NCBI GenBank assembly: GCA_008369845.1
Contig: MRSU01001333.1
Coordinates: forward strand, 1-33,228
DNA length: 33,228 bases
Origin: Trichomonas gallinae
Lineage: Eukaryota
Direction of reading: 5' to 3'
Below, in pieces: positions 1-11,157 of this stretch. Below the pieces are notes generated by a model, which saw only the letters and a list, made by a program, of their open reading frames with translations, did not search any database and had not been told where the DNA came from. Position 1 is the first letter of the stretch. Each line of letters opens with the position of its first letter. Both the position numbers and the translations under genes were made by a program.

Positions 1-1689
1 TTTAGCTAATACTCGACTATGAGGCGTTAGGAAGCAAACAAGTATAAAAATGTAAACTATTCAAACCTACCCCCTTAATAGAATTAAATCAATCTTCGAT
101 TTTGTAATTTACTCACTATATATATTTTATATTTATTTCATTCAAAAGCTTTTGTGTATAATTTTAAATCTTGTAAATTAGTTTACAAAATAATCGTAAT
201 TTTTGGTACCAAAATATCTCTTAAAATGAAAATAAGAATGCTAGATCTATAATTTTCCGCTCGTATTCAAAAATATTTTCATTATATTTTACTCGATTTT
301 TTATTGGAGTTTTGTGGATAAGCACCAATAGAAACTACTCTACAATAAATTTTGTTTTTAAAATTTTATAACTTTTCATAAGTTTACAAATAAAAGTGAC
401 GAATTAGTGAATCATAATACGTGCTTATGAAATCATAAACAAATACATCATATGGGTCCATACAATCATCCTCTATTGGAATTATCCCTAATTACCGTGA
501 ATTTTCGGTATTGTTTGTGAGTTTTCAATTGTTATTGGCCAATTTTCTTATACATGAATCATATAATTAAAGGCAATCAAATATATAGATTAAAATTCAA
601 AAAAAAAAATGATAAAAATTTTTTCCGCAGGAAAATTTTAAAAATATAGATTGTGTTAGTGATATTAAACAATAGCAATCAAATTGAATTTGAAAATCAT
701 CACTTTTGTGAACTTCTTGTTGTTGACTTTTTGCTTTAAATTAGTCCATCATTAACATATTCGCAGAGAAATTTCAATGTGTCATGTTTTTGCATTGAAT
801 TTTTTCTAATATAACGTGCTTTTTTTGTAAACGGATTTCTATGATTATTCAAACGGCGTTCAATATATATATTTTGCTGCTTCCTTAATTATAGGTTTTG
901 TTGTTTTTTCTTCAATTGGAAAACATTCATGAACATTTATTACATTTGAATTCATACTATATGCCTGATACACTATTGATATCACCGATCCATAGTATCA
1001 GATATCGCCAATATTATTTCATCAGCATAAAAACCACTTCATTTTGATGATTAAATATCTGATTATCCTGCATTGCGAATAATACTAATGATAAATAAAG
1101 CACAAATTAAAATAAGTATCGGTTTAGACTCAGTTTCTAAAAAATATAATTATTTTCGAATGGAAATCATAAATAGCGTGATAAATGTCTATTAATTATA
1201 ATAATCCTCAAATCCATTCACACTCCAGCCCTACATAACTAGTAATTTCGAGATAACTGATCTGAAGCACTTATTCATGATTTGCAAAGTAAATCACCAT
1301 ATATATCTCCTGTTAATCAATAAAATTATATTCCCACTAGATATTTACAAGATAAATTCTGAATATAATTTCAAATGTATCTTAACAATATGAAATTTGC
1401 GTGAAAATGCAAAGTCAAATACATATCTCTTCTTATTTAGAATGAATCAAAGTTTCTTTTGCTTTATTTCACAATGTTTGAGAATAATTTAGCAGTTTTT
1501 AATAGGATGTTTGCTATAGCTTGCCCTCTTTCAGTTTTTCCCAAAATCCAAAAACTGCACACTTCCTCAATCGATGACCACTTTCAGCAGTCCATTGCAT
1601 CTAATTGGTGTATATATGCAACTTTTCGTGCGCAGTATTAAAAGAAAAAATCATGGTCAATAAAAATAAAGATAGTTTTTTTATAATAT

Positions 1690-1940
1690 TTTTAATGCAA
1701 AGGAATTGACATTTTTATATTGCATCATTAGCTTTATTTTAACTATTTTTTATGTTGATATCTATTCCAGGAACTGTGAAAAAGAGATCGACAATTTCAT
1801 GATGATCTTTTTCTGAAGCATAAATCAAAGCTGTATTGTGGTGATATTTTTTGCATTGACATCTATTTCAGGAACTGTGAGAAGAAGTTTGACAATTTTA
1901 TAATAACCTAATATTGAAGTCAAAATTAAAATCGTATATT
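1690..1940 (-). pseudogene. Decayed ankyrin-repeat gene fragment (Trichomonas-type TVPGIDIN repeats)
   Basis: Minus-strand translation gives YTILILTSILGYYKIVKLLLTVPEIDVNAK, then a 1-nt frameshift, then NTALIYASEKDHHEIVDLFFTVPGIDINIKNS*. It has clear DNA similarity to 14050-14200. Confidence 0.85.
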
Positions 1941-3719
1941 CTATATATGTTTTCAATGAATTATCACCGCGCAAATTGAATTGATACTAATAAATTTCAT
2001 TTGATTATTTTGTTTCAACCATGAATGATTAAAATATGAGTACAACAAGTTCGCATAATTTGTCAATAAATTATCCTGTCTTAATGCTAAATATTTTGCT
2101 AAATGATTTTATTTCTAATATTTTTGATTAATAAAAAAATAGAGATGATGTATATCAACAATGGAAAATTTGTGCTAAAAGGTAGAGTTTAAGTGGTGAT
2201 ATGACTAATAAATAGAGAAAATGAAAATTATTTCACGATATCATCAAGAGATTTTGAGAAGCTCATTAATATAAATAGTCCAATCAATATTCATAGTAAA
2301 TATAGTGTGCCATAGTTTGAAATCAATCCGTTGAAATAAGGTTAATATTTTCAAAAATTTTGTATTGATTTCAGATTTTGTGTGCTGGCTATGAGTTCTA
2401 TCGGATGTATAGAATATGTGATCGAAAAAATTCTTCTGAAAAACAGTCAATATTTTTGAAATGAGATATCTCGATCATTATTTTAATATGTTACTCCATA
2501 AGTTGACTTGTAAGAATATATGATGAAGTCATTGAGAAAATCGGAATTTGAATCAATTCAAATTGCGAAAAATATTTTCTTACTTTGCTTACAACTACAG
2601 AATTATCGCGATAACTAATTTTCGTGTTCTCATTATGCACACAGATCCTAGAATACGTCTGCCAAAAAGGAGGATGGTTCAACGATACAGATTTAATTTT
2701 TTTCTGTGAATTCCAGAAAAAATTCATCATTTCAGTATTTTAAGATCGAAATGCTTTAAATCATTCATATATGGTGATTACTCATCCGATTGCTTAATGA
2801 CTCAATGATTATTGCAAAAAATACAAAATTCAACCAATTCACACCAATCATCATGATTTAACCATCCATTATTAATTCCCACATTATTTATAATAATGAA
2901 GCCCATCAAAATCCATTTTTTGACGAAATTTTGAAAATATTTTAATCAATCGATTGGATATTGATGCGCACAATCCAATGAATATTGATTTATTCGTTAA
3001 AATGGCTTATTCCACATTTAATCAGGAAAAATATTTTAGAATGATGGACGAAATAATAATCAAATATGAGATAATTCATTGCGAAAACTATCAAAACCTT
3101 ATGTAATTTGAATGTGAATTTTTTTTCTTCTCAATTTTTTTTTTCAATTTGTTATTAGGACATGGAAAACTTCCTAAATGACTAAACTGAGCCCATATAT
3201 GAGGGACTCAGCCATTATTCTGATATAGTATCGAATTTGTCATTTTGTTCACCAAAAGAAACAACTAATGACTGCTGAACTAAATATAGCTTGAGAAACG
3301 CTTACTAATAAACTCTTTATTGTCTAGTGAACCAACACTAAAAGAATAACAAAAATTGAGAACTTTGAAAATCCATCGACAAAAGGCCGGGAAATCTCGA
3401 TAAACCGTCTGAATATCTGTATCTGATATATTTGTAGCGAGAAAACCAATCCTTTATGTTGAGGCATCATCAATTTTCAAAAGGAGATAAAAAAATCAAT
3501 ATTTTTTTAGGAACATTTAAATAAGAACGGAGTTTGCTGCTATTCCATTGGACAACCATAGAAATAAAATGGTCAAATCTATTAAATTGAATAAACGAAT
3601 CATTTCAACTTCTCAAATATTTCATTACCAAATAAAACTATAAATATCCCTAATTGCATTCGTTTTTGTCAATATTATTTTGTTGTTAATCCTTTTTTTT
3701 ACTTTTTGAATTCTTTGAT

Positions 3720-3852
3720 ATTTATATATGTTTTATTATTCAGATATCAATAATAATGCAAAAATAATTTTTTCATATCAATAATTATTTTTATCGATAA
3801 TTTTTGTATTTATGTGTGTTGTATTATTTAAATATCAATAATACTACAAAAA
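3720..3852. repeat. Imperfect ~45-bp direct repeat (period 88) upstream of the Myb gene
   Basis: atttatatatgttttattattcagatatcaataataatgcaaaaa (3720-3764) vs atttatgtgtgttgtattatttaaatatcaataatactacaaaaa (3808-3852). Confidence 0.6.
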
Positions 3853-4023
3853 CGTGATTTTTAATTTTTTATTGATCATTTTGATAATTATATATATAAT
3901 AACAAGATAAAGAGAATTTTAGTGTTAAAAATTATAAATGTTTCAGCATTCAAAAAATAAAAAATTTAAAAGAAACTTCAGAAAATTGTTTGAATTTTAA
4001 GTGTTTGGAAGCATTTAGCAACA

Positions 4024-4557
4024 ATGCAGGCAGAGGATAGCGTTCTTAAGAGCCCCAGGCAGAAGTTCACGCCTGAGGAAGACTGCAGGCTGTCGGAATT
4101 GGTCCAGATATACGGAACGAGGGCTTGGAAGAAAATTGCACAAATTATGAAAACAAGAACGACAAGACAATGCCGTGAAAGATATATTAATTATCTGGCT
4201 CCAAATCTAACCAATGGTCCATGGTCACCTGAAGAAGATATGGCTCTGTTGAAGCTTGCAAAACAGATCGGTCCGCATTGGTCTCAAATTGCCAAAAACT
4301 TCCCGACAAGATCTGATGTGAATGTCAAGAATAGATATGCGCTGCTTGTTTCAAAGGGAAAGGCACCACAGCTCAAAGCAACAAAAATTGTTCGCGAAAA
4401 AGTCAAGCAAATTAAGACAGAGACATGCCATGAACAATTATCATTCGATACAATGATATCTCCATTATCGGATGAGAATGAAATCGCATCACCGTTCGAT
4501 GCAATAACACCTGACCTTTTCTCGATGAATTGGGAGGTTGATATATTTGACATATAA
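4024..4557 (+). CDS. R2R3 Myb-like DNA-binding transcription factor (177 aa)
   Basis: Two Myb repeats: KFTPEED..W.KIA..RTTRQCRERY and GPWSPEED..W.QIA..RSDVNVKNRY. Acidic/aromatic C-terminus. Confidence 0.97.
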   Translation: MQAEDSVLKSPRQKFTPEEDCRLSELVQIYGTRAWKKIAQIMKTRTTRQCRERYINYLAPNLTNGPWSPEEDMALLKLAKQIGPHWSQIAKNFPTRSDVNVKNRYALLVSKGKAPQLKATKIVREKVKQIKTETCHEQLSFDTMISPLSDENEIASPFDAITPDLFSMNWEVDIFDI

Positions 4558-5136
4558 TACTATATGTATTTATTTGTGTGTATTATAAATATTTACTGTT
4601 GATTCTCTTCATGATTGAAATTGATATATTTTGTTTTTGAGGCTTCATCTTGTTTCTGATTAAAAATAGCATCAAATGATTACTTGCATGTTGTATAATA
4701 TATTATCACAACAGATCTAGCTTTGAAGAAAAATCAAAGAATACTCACGAGATAGTTTAGTTGCTTATTCAAATGGACTGGAATAAACAAAATATCAGTT
4801 CAAAAGTACTGCTTTCCATCAATTATTCAGAATATTATCTTTGATTACATTTGGTTAATAATTTTTATCAGAGTGGTTGTGTTTACAATGATTTTCAGGG
4901 TGATATCAGTAGCTATGTCTTACACAAGAAAATAAATTCCCTTCAAAAATTATTCGATGATGTTTAGTGTGGAATGGAGAAAATAATTGGTGCCATGAGC
5001 TTAAAATAACTTTCTACATCCCTTTAAAAAATATTCCATAGCAACAATGATCTTACAATGGAATCAAAAAAAAAAAAAAAAAATAACTAATTAAAAGATT
5101 ATAATTTACAACATAAAAACAATACAATGGCTAAAA

Positions 5137-7941
5137 TTAGTCAGCGGAAGACATAACAAGCATCTGCACTCTCCTTATGAACGAGATTGATGCGATGATT
5201 GTTCTAACTGTCGGCTTTTTGTTTTCGTTATCATCATTATTTTGTTGAGGAATCATTCCATTGGATAAAATCTCTTTTTCCGCGCGAAGCAAGTTCACCT
5301 TCTTTCTCATATAAGTCTCGCTTGTGCTTCCTATGACAGCCTCTTCAATCGTGTTCTTTACAACTGCCATATTCTTAGGTATTCCTTTCTGTGCGATCTG
5401 CATGTATAACGATCGAGACCAGCATTCCCAAGCTTTGATGTCAGCTTTGAGATCGAATACTTCTCTTTCTGCGTCAGTCTGCTTGCTCATCTTCGCCTTT
5501 ATCTCTTCATTGACAACTTTTAAGTTGCCTAATTCGTTCTTTAATGATGCAAACTTGTCTTCAATCGTCTTGATTGAAGCCAGAATCTGTTCGTCATTCT
5601 TCAACTTCAAGTGAACTTTGACTTGTTTTGCATCGTTCAATATTGGTCTGTCCTTCTCATACTGAGTGAATATCATCTTAACGGAGTCAATTAAGTCTTT
5701 GAGTGAGCAAACCTTGTCTTTCTCTGTTAAATTGAGCAGTTCAATCAATGAATTCTTCGCTGAGTTTAATTCTTCGGTTATTGCTGTGATTTGGCTCGAA
5801 TACTGAGATTTAATCGAAGAAACAACAATATTTGACTTTGCTTCTACGTTATTTAATTCATGCTTGTGTTGTTCCTCCATCTGCAAGATCTTTAATCTCA
5901 ATGATTTTTCGCTTAATGTGACTTTTGTGTTTGCTTCGACTAATGATTTCTTCTGCTCCAAAAGTTTGTCGATTGTTGACTGCATCGTCTGCTGGACGTT
6001 CTTTTCGATAAGAATGTCATTGTTCAGTTTGCCTACTTGTGATATGTGCTCTGATCTCATTGCTTCGAGCTCTTTCTTGAGAGAAGAAATTTCGTTTGAT
6101 GATGACATTTGATGATTTTGAAGTTTCTCGCGCAATCTATTCTTCTTTTGCTCTAAATCTGAAATCTTATGGGTCATGTTTTGTATCTCTTTCGCTTGTG
6201 AAATATTCTCAGCTTTCTGTGTTTCTATCTGCTCTGTCATCTTCTTGTTGTCTTCAGCTAAAATATCGATGCCGTTTTCCATCTCCTGAAATCTACTGTT
6301 TTGCTTAGAAATTTGGCTCTCTAAAGCTAAGATTTTCTTTGATGCCTGCTTAACACATTTGGCTGCGTTGTCTTTAACATCCTTCAGTGTCCTAAGAAGC
6401 TCCTCATTCTTGTTCTTGAGGTCCTCTATTTGTTGTGTAACAATCGCGTTGTCGATTTTATGGTTTGTTACATGTTCTTGTGATTTTTCTTCTAAATTGT
6501 TCTTTTCTATTGTCATTTCCTTGATTTTATCCTCTAATGAAGCGATTTTGTTATTCAACTCTTCGTTCTTCTTGATTTCTTCTGTGAGTTTCTCGTTTTC
6601 GACTGTTTGGTTTTGATCTTTTTGAATTTCTTTTTGTTTCTGATCTTTTTCGAGTATCTCGTTTTGCTTTTGCTCTTCTATAGACTTCTTGAGCTTGTTA
6701 TTTTCGTCACTTAACTGTTTGATGATGTTGGACTGGTTCTTGAGGCCTTCAGCGATCTTCACTGTTTCTGTCATGTCAGTGATTTTGTCGCTGAGCTTCT
6801 TGTTTACTATACAGACAACAGAGAAAAGAACGAAAAGCATTCTTACCTGTGCAGAGTTCATTATTGACTTTTCTCCGTACTTGAATAGCTCCTTCAGCTG
6901 CTGCTCGATACTTGTGAATGCATCTGGTGAGAACATTGAAAGGTGTTGAGGAATATCTGAAATATCTAATCCAAATAACTTTTCATCAATGAATTTGCTG
7001 ATGCGTGAACATTCTTTAACAAGACGAGCTTTGCAATTATCATCTTTAATTAGTGGATCATCAGATGATTTTTCGCCATATAAAATGTATCTCATTGCAT
7101 CTTCAAGTCTTGTGAGTATTTGTATATATAATTCATCATCACATTTGAAAGATTTGCAGAAGCTGCTGTTAGCTGATTTCTTGGACTTTGCAAGGTTATT
7201 TGTAACTTTAACAACCTCTTCAACGAAATCTTTAAGATCATTGTAATTATTATGGTCGATCATGTTCTTTACTTCTTCGCAAAGCAAATCATCGACTGTT
7301 TGCATCATTCTATTCTGATCTTTTGTTATATTGTCGAATTTTTCTTGGAGAGCTGCATATTTTTCTTCTAGATTATTATTCTTTGTTTGTAGTGTTTGAA
7401 TGTTTTGCTCTGATTTTTCAACCAATTCTTCAAAGTTGTGGAATAATTTTATGATTTTCTCTCTCTGAAGAGATAGCGAAGTAATTTCCTTGTTTTGATC
7501 GAGAAGAAGGCCTTCTAACATGTCTGGTACCGGATTTTGAATGTTATTGCAATTAGCTGGCTCAGAAACGATTGAAAGTTGCTGTTTAAGGTGATCTATT
7601 GTAGATTCGAGTCTTACTATCTTCAATTTGCATTGTTCAGCTGTATCTTTTTGTTGTTGTTCGTTTCTTTTAGCTCGTTCCGCGTATTTATTTGTTGTAA
7701 TTAGTTGATTTTCGAGAAATTCGATTCTTTTTGTTGTCCTTTTAAGCTTCTGCTGAAGAAGTTTAATATTTGACTCATAATTTGGAATTCCCTGCAACTC
7801 AGCCTTTGCATTATTATATTCGTTGACGAAAGTCTCAAATACTTGGTCAGCCTGGTCGACAGACTGCACATGAGTCATAAATCTCTGAGAAATAATGTCG
7901 TAAAGCATCTGAGCTTCGTCTTTTTGCTGTTTTGCTTTCAT
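5137..7941 (-). CDS. Long coiled-coil protein (934 aa), function unknown
   Basis: Uninterrupted ORF with K/E/Q/L heptad character throughout. ATG is in AAAATG context. Confidence 0.9.
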   Translation of the reverse strand: MKAKQQKDEAQMLYDIISQRFMTHVQSVDQADQVFETFVNEYNNAKAELQGIPNYESNIKLLQQKLKRTTKRIEFLENQLITTNKYAERAKRNEQQQKDTAEQCKLKIVRLESTIDHLKQQLSIVSEPANCNNIQNPVPDMLEGLLLDQNKEITSLSLQREKIIKLFHNFEELVEKSEQNIQTLQTKNNNLEEKYAALQEKFDNITKDQNRMMQTVDDLLCEEVKNMIDHNNYNDLKDFVEEVVKVTNNLAKSKKSANSSFCKSFKCDDELYIQILTRLEDAMRYILYGEKSSDDPLIKDDNCKARLVKECSRISKFIDEKLFGLDISDIPQHLSMFSPDAFTSIEQQLKELFKYGEKSIMNSAQVRMLFVLFSVVCIVNKKLSDKITDMTETVKIAEGLKNQSNIIKQLSDENNKLKKSIEEQKQNEILEKDQKQKEIQKDQNQTVENEKLTEEIKKNEELNNKIASLEDKIKEMTIEKNNLEEKSQEHVTNHKIDNAIVTQQIEDLKNKNEELLRTLKDVKDNAAKCVKQASKKILALESQISKQNSRFQEMENGIDILAEDNKKMTEQIETQKAENISQAKEIQNMTHKISDLEQKKNRLREKLQNHQMSSSNEISSLKKELEAMRSEHISQVGKLNNDILIEKNVQQTMQSTIDKLLEQKKSLVEANTKVTLSEKSLRLKILQMEEQHKHELNNVEAKSNIVVSSIKSQYSSQITAITEELNSAKNSLIELLNLTEKDKVCSLKDLIDSVKMIFTQYEKDRPILNDAKQVKVHLKLKNDEQILASIKTIEDKFASLKNELGNLKVVNEEIKAKMSKQTDAEREVFDLKADIKAWECWSRSLYMQIAQKGIPKNMAVVKNTIEEAVIGSTSETYMRKKVNLLRAEKEILSNGMIPQQNNDDNENKKPTVRTIIASISFIRRVQMLVMSSAD

Positions 7942-7975
7942 TTTATTTGAAATTTTTAAACGTTCACCTCTTTTC

Positions 7976-8217
7976 TTTACATGTCAAGGTGCCAAATTTA
8001 CATGACAAAAATTAAAATTTAAATCTATATAATACAAAAGAGGTGACTTCGAACATTCAAAAGAGGCTGAAACTTTGAGAGCAGACCTACAGGAACAATA
8101 CTTATAAATAGGCGATTGTTTTTGAAAAAGCCCTTTTTTTCTCTTATATTTTTTTGACAAAAAATTGATATAATCTGACATGTAAATTATACAAAATACG
8201 ACGATATGTCATGTAAA
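7976..8217. promoter_or_regulatory. Cluster of four TG(A/T)CATGTAAA elements upstream of the coiled-coil gene
   Basis: TTTACATGTCA 7976-7986, TTTACATGACA 7997-8007, TGACATGTAAA 8176-8186, TGTCATGTAAA 8207-8217. The regulatory role is inferred from position only. Confidence 0.55.
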
Positions 8218-9599
8218 ATTGATTTCTTTATAAAATTTCTCATCTTTTTATTTATTTTCTTGGAGTACTATTTATGGTATATCTAAAAACCAGAAAATTT
8301 TTAAATTCTGAATTTTTTTAATTTAGATGGGCTCGGATTCCATAAAAAACACGTAAGCCCATTCATAAACGATTTGAGGATAAATGGCATTAAGATGCAT
8401 AGGGATGTTGTATATGAGAATAACCAGGTTAGGGACTTTAATATATGCAATTGATAGGATAAAATTTTGATTAAATGTGATGGATACAAAAATTTTAATC
8501 AGATAGAATTTTTTGTGATCAGTTTACAATGTAAAGTCAAACAAATCAGAAATCAAATATTTAGATATATCTAGTGTTGTAGAATATGCTGTCGAAAAAT
8601 TGTAAAAATTCATTTTATTTTCTACATCCTTTCGTATAAACGCACAAAAGATTGAAATATAAATAAATAAGTGTCATGCGTGCACATATACCCAATATTT
8701 GCGAAAAAAAATTAAAATTAAAAATTTGAATCAATAAACGCACTGATTAGCCTATGTAAACCCATACACACATCATATAGATAGAGAAAACAGTTTTAAA
8801 TTTAATTTATATATTCATAATTGTTATCAAATTCCTGAACATGAATTTATAAAGTCCGTGCGATTCAGAAAATACCTAAAATGTGGTATACAGATGGTGG
8901 TGATTCACATAAAGGTCCTATTTGATATCTCAGGGAAATTGAAAATGAAAATTCATTTTTGGATTATTTTCATGAAAAATACAGTTCATATACTAATTAA
9001 TGAAATGGGATATACCAATTTTTTTTATATTGCCGCAAAAAAAATTGAGGATCTGACAATTATATTGGATATAAAGCGAAATTAGAATTTTCCAGCTCTA
9101 CATTTGATGTGCTGCATTATTATCAAGTCACCAACAAATTATGCAAAATAGAAAATATTGCTAAAATGTTATTATTAACATGCTTAATATTTCATATGAA
9201 ACGAAATGGGCGGGGATTCATTTTTTGAAAGAAAATTGCGCCCATATGTTTTTGTTTTACTGATTTAATTGATAAAAAATTTCAATTGTTTTCTCATTCA
9301 TTGGTACATCATGACCAATATTATCTGCAAAAAACTGGGAATTTGAGAGTAACCGACTTTTGAATTTTTTTGTGTAGTAAACAAAAACCAACATAGTAAA
9401 AAATTATTGTGTAACGATATTGCGCATATTGTCTAAAATTGTAATTGAATACAGGCTCAGAAAAATATAATCATTGTATTCTCAAAATTTTTCAGCTTTT
9501 GATTGTGTCTTTTATAATAAGATCGAATACTCCTTTTGTGAATGTACGTGTAACGAACATTTAATTTTCAAACAAAAAATAATATCAAAAATCATTTTT

Positions 9600-10043
9600 A
9601 TGGATTGCGTGAAGGAGGTCATCGCCTTAAGGAAGATTAGGAAGCAGAATTCCAAGTCCCCAAGAAATACCAAGGACCACGAGATGATATCAGAGCGGGT
9701 GCAGGTCAATGGAGTCAAGATTGATTTTGTCTCCGAATACATTGATAGGCAATTCGGTGTCCATGTTACAACAACACCTTTAATTGCCTTCGGCAATGAG
9801 ATGTGCAAGATGTATGGACTCAAGCTCGACAGACTCGCCAAAAGAAACCGTGACGCGTTAATGTGCTGGTATGCTGAAAATTGGAGCATTATATTGCCTC
9901 ATATTTTCGGTATTGTTCAGTATTTGCCGGAAATGAAGGTACCTGAGCTTGATACAATTCCAATTAGAAAATCCGAAAAGAAAGTTCCCAAGAAAATGAA
10001 CTATGATCCATCAGACATCTCGCAGCTCCTCAATTATCATTGA
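9600..10043 (+). CDS. Hypothetical protein with LDRLAKRNRxALxCWYAENW motif (parabasalid-type family, 147 aa)
   Basis: The ORF track starts at TTG 9474. The likely true start is ATG 9600, directly after an initiator-like TCATTTTT (9592), where GC content rises abruptly. Confidence 0.85.
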   Translation: MDCVKEVIALRKIRKQNSKSPRNTKDHEMISERVQVNGVKIDFVSEYIDRQFGVHVTTTPLIAFGNEMCKMYGLKLDRLAKRNRDALMCWYAENWSIILPHIFGIVQYLPEMKVPELDTIPIRKSEKKVPKKMNYDPSDISQLLNYH

Positions 10044-10351
10044 ATTTCACACTTATATTGGCATTATTTTTTGATGCTTGAATTTGTCAACAAATATTAA
10101 TTCTAACCCAATATAATGTTTGTTTTGACTTTATCGGTAAATGTTTTCAGGTTTATTTATAATGTTTTTGATTTATTTCATAATCAAACATTCAGTTTTG
10201 GGTTATATTGAACTCGAGTATCATTATTTCATCACTTTATATGATTTTAACCTATTCCTGATGATTATGTCTTAATCAGACAATATATGAAAAAATATTA
10301 TAATAACGCAATCATAAACACTTTAGAGGAACAGAGGATAAAATTCTAGAC

Positions 10352-10762
10352 TTACCGGTAAGCAGAGCGATTGATAGCAGCCTGGCGTGAAGTCTCTTTA
10401 AGAGCCTTAACGGTTAATTCGGCAGCTTCAAATGAAGAAAATGGTTGAAAAACCACTGACTTCTTTTTAAGAGCCTTAGGTATTATAGGCGTAGGTTGAA
10501 CAATCTCAAATCCGGAGAAACTTTTATTATTCAGATCGAACTCCGGTAACGAAGAGTATCTCGGAAACATTTGCTTGTTCCCTGTTTTCATGGAGCAGCT
10601 CTCATCAGTGAAAGTCATACTATTGTCCGACAAAGGTTCATCCACAAAGAAAGATCCGCAATCGAATGTAAAAGCATTTGACTGCGGAATAGATTCAGAT
10701 GCTGCCACTGGAGATGACAAAACATCGAAGCAAAGATCGAAGTCGTCGTCGAAGTTCATCAT
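10352..10762 (-). CDS. Hypothetical protein (136 aa), acidic/Ser/Phe-rich N-terminus
   Basis: ATG-initiated ORF with coding-level GC. An initiator-like TCATTTTTT lies ~15-25 nt upstream on the minus strand. Confidence 0.85.
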   Translation of the reverse strand: MMNFDDDFDLCFDVLSSPVAASESIPQSNAFTFDCGSFFVDEPLSDNSMTFTDESCSMKTGNKQMFPRYSSLPEFDLNNKSFSGFEIVQPTPIIPKALKKKSVVFQPFSSFEAAELTVKALKETSRQAAINRSAYR

Positions 10763-10884
10763 CTTCCAATGTCTGTAAAAAATGAACTGCTAAAAATTGG
10801 CGCAAAAACTATTTACCGCATTTTGTTGGATTTGATAACTTTACATTGACTTCCCGCACTTTTTGACCGCAATTTTTAAACGTT

Positions 10885-11157
10885 TACGGGCGTAATAGCA
10901 CCCAAAAATGTTTTAAATCTACAAATTATGAGATAAGTATTATTTTTAGTTTAATTGATGTGAATATTGAATTCAAAATTATCGTATGTTTGACTTTTTC
11001 ATTGTTTGATGCATTTAATAGATTATACGGGCGTGACAGCAATCTAAATTGTTATAAAACTGAGTTTATTTTATTGATAATTATTTTTAGTTTAAATGAT
11101 AACAAAATTGAATTCAAAATAATCGTATGTTCGATCTTTTCATTTTTTGATGCATTT
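10885..11157. repeat. Diverged tandem duplication, period 141 bp
   Basis: Copies at 10885-11016 and 11026-11157 share tacgggcgt...attatttttagtttaa...attgaattcaaaat.atcgtatgtt...ttttcatt.tttgatgcattt. Confidence 0.9.

Noticed and set aside
1..47. Possible 3' end of an upstream gene (LILDYEALGSKQV*)
   Set aside because: It is preceded by an in-frame TAG at 3-5 and is too short to evaluate at the window edge.
641..670. Minus-strand GTTTAATATCACTAACACAATC, intron-like
   Set aside because: It lacks the terminal AG and has no flanking coding frames.
1459..1641. 60-aa plus-strand ORF (also the short ORFs at 2244, 7984, 8301, 8858, 10960, 17831 and 31998)
   Set aside because: They are short, mostly have non-ATG starts, contain no recognisable motif, and several overlap repeats or promoter motifs.
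5066..5083. A18 run as a possible retroposon tail
   Set aside because: No target-site duplication or element body was found. It is more simply a U-rich 3' tract of the minus-strand gene or a homopolymer.
5324..7246. Multiple plus-strand ORFs inside the coiled-coil gene (and similar antisense ORFs within 12102, 18332, 21094, 24699 and 28217)
   Set aside because: These are antisense shadows of K/E-rich coding frames, giving Ser/Phe/Leu-rich translations, mostly with non-ATG starts.
9474..9599. N-terminal extension of the 9600 gene from the ORF track
   Set aside because: It has a TTG start and AT-rich non-coding composition, and an initiator-like element lies immediately before ATG 9600.
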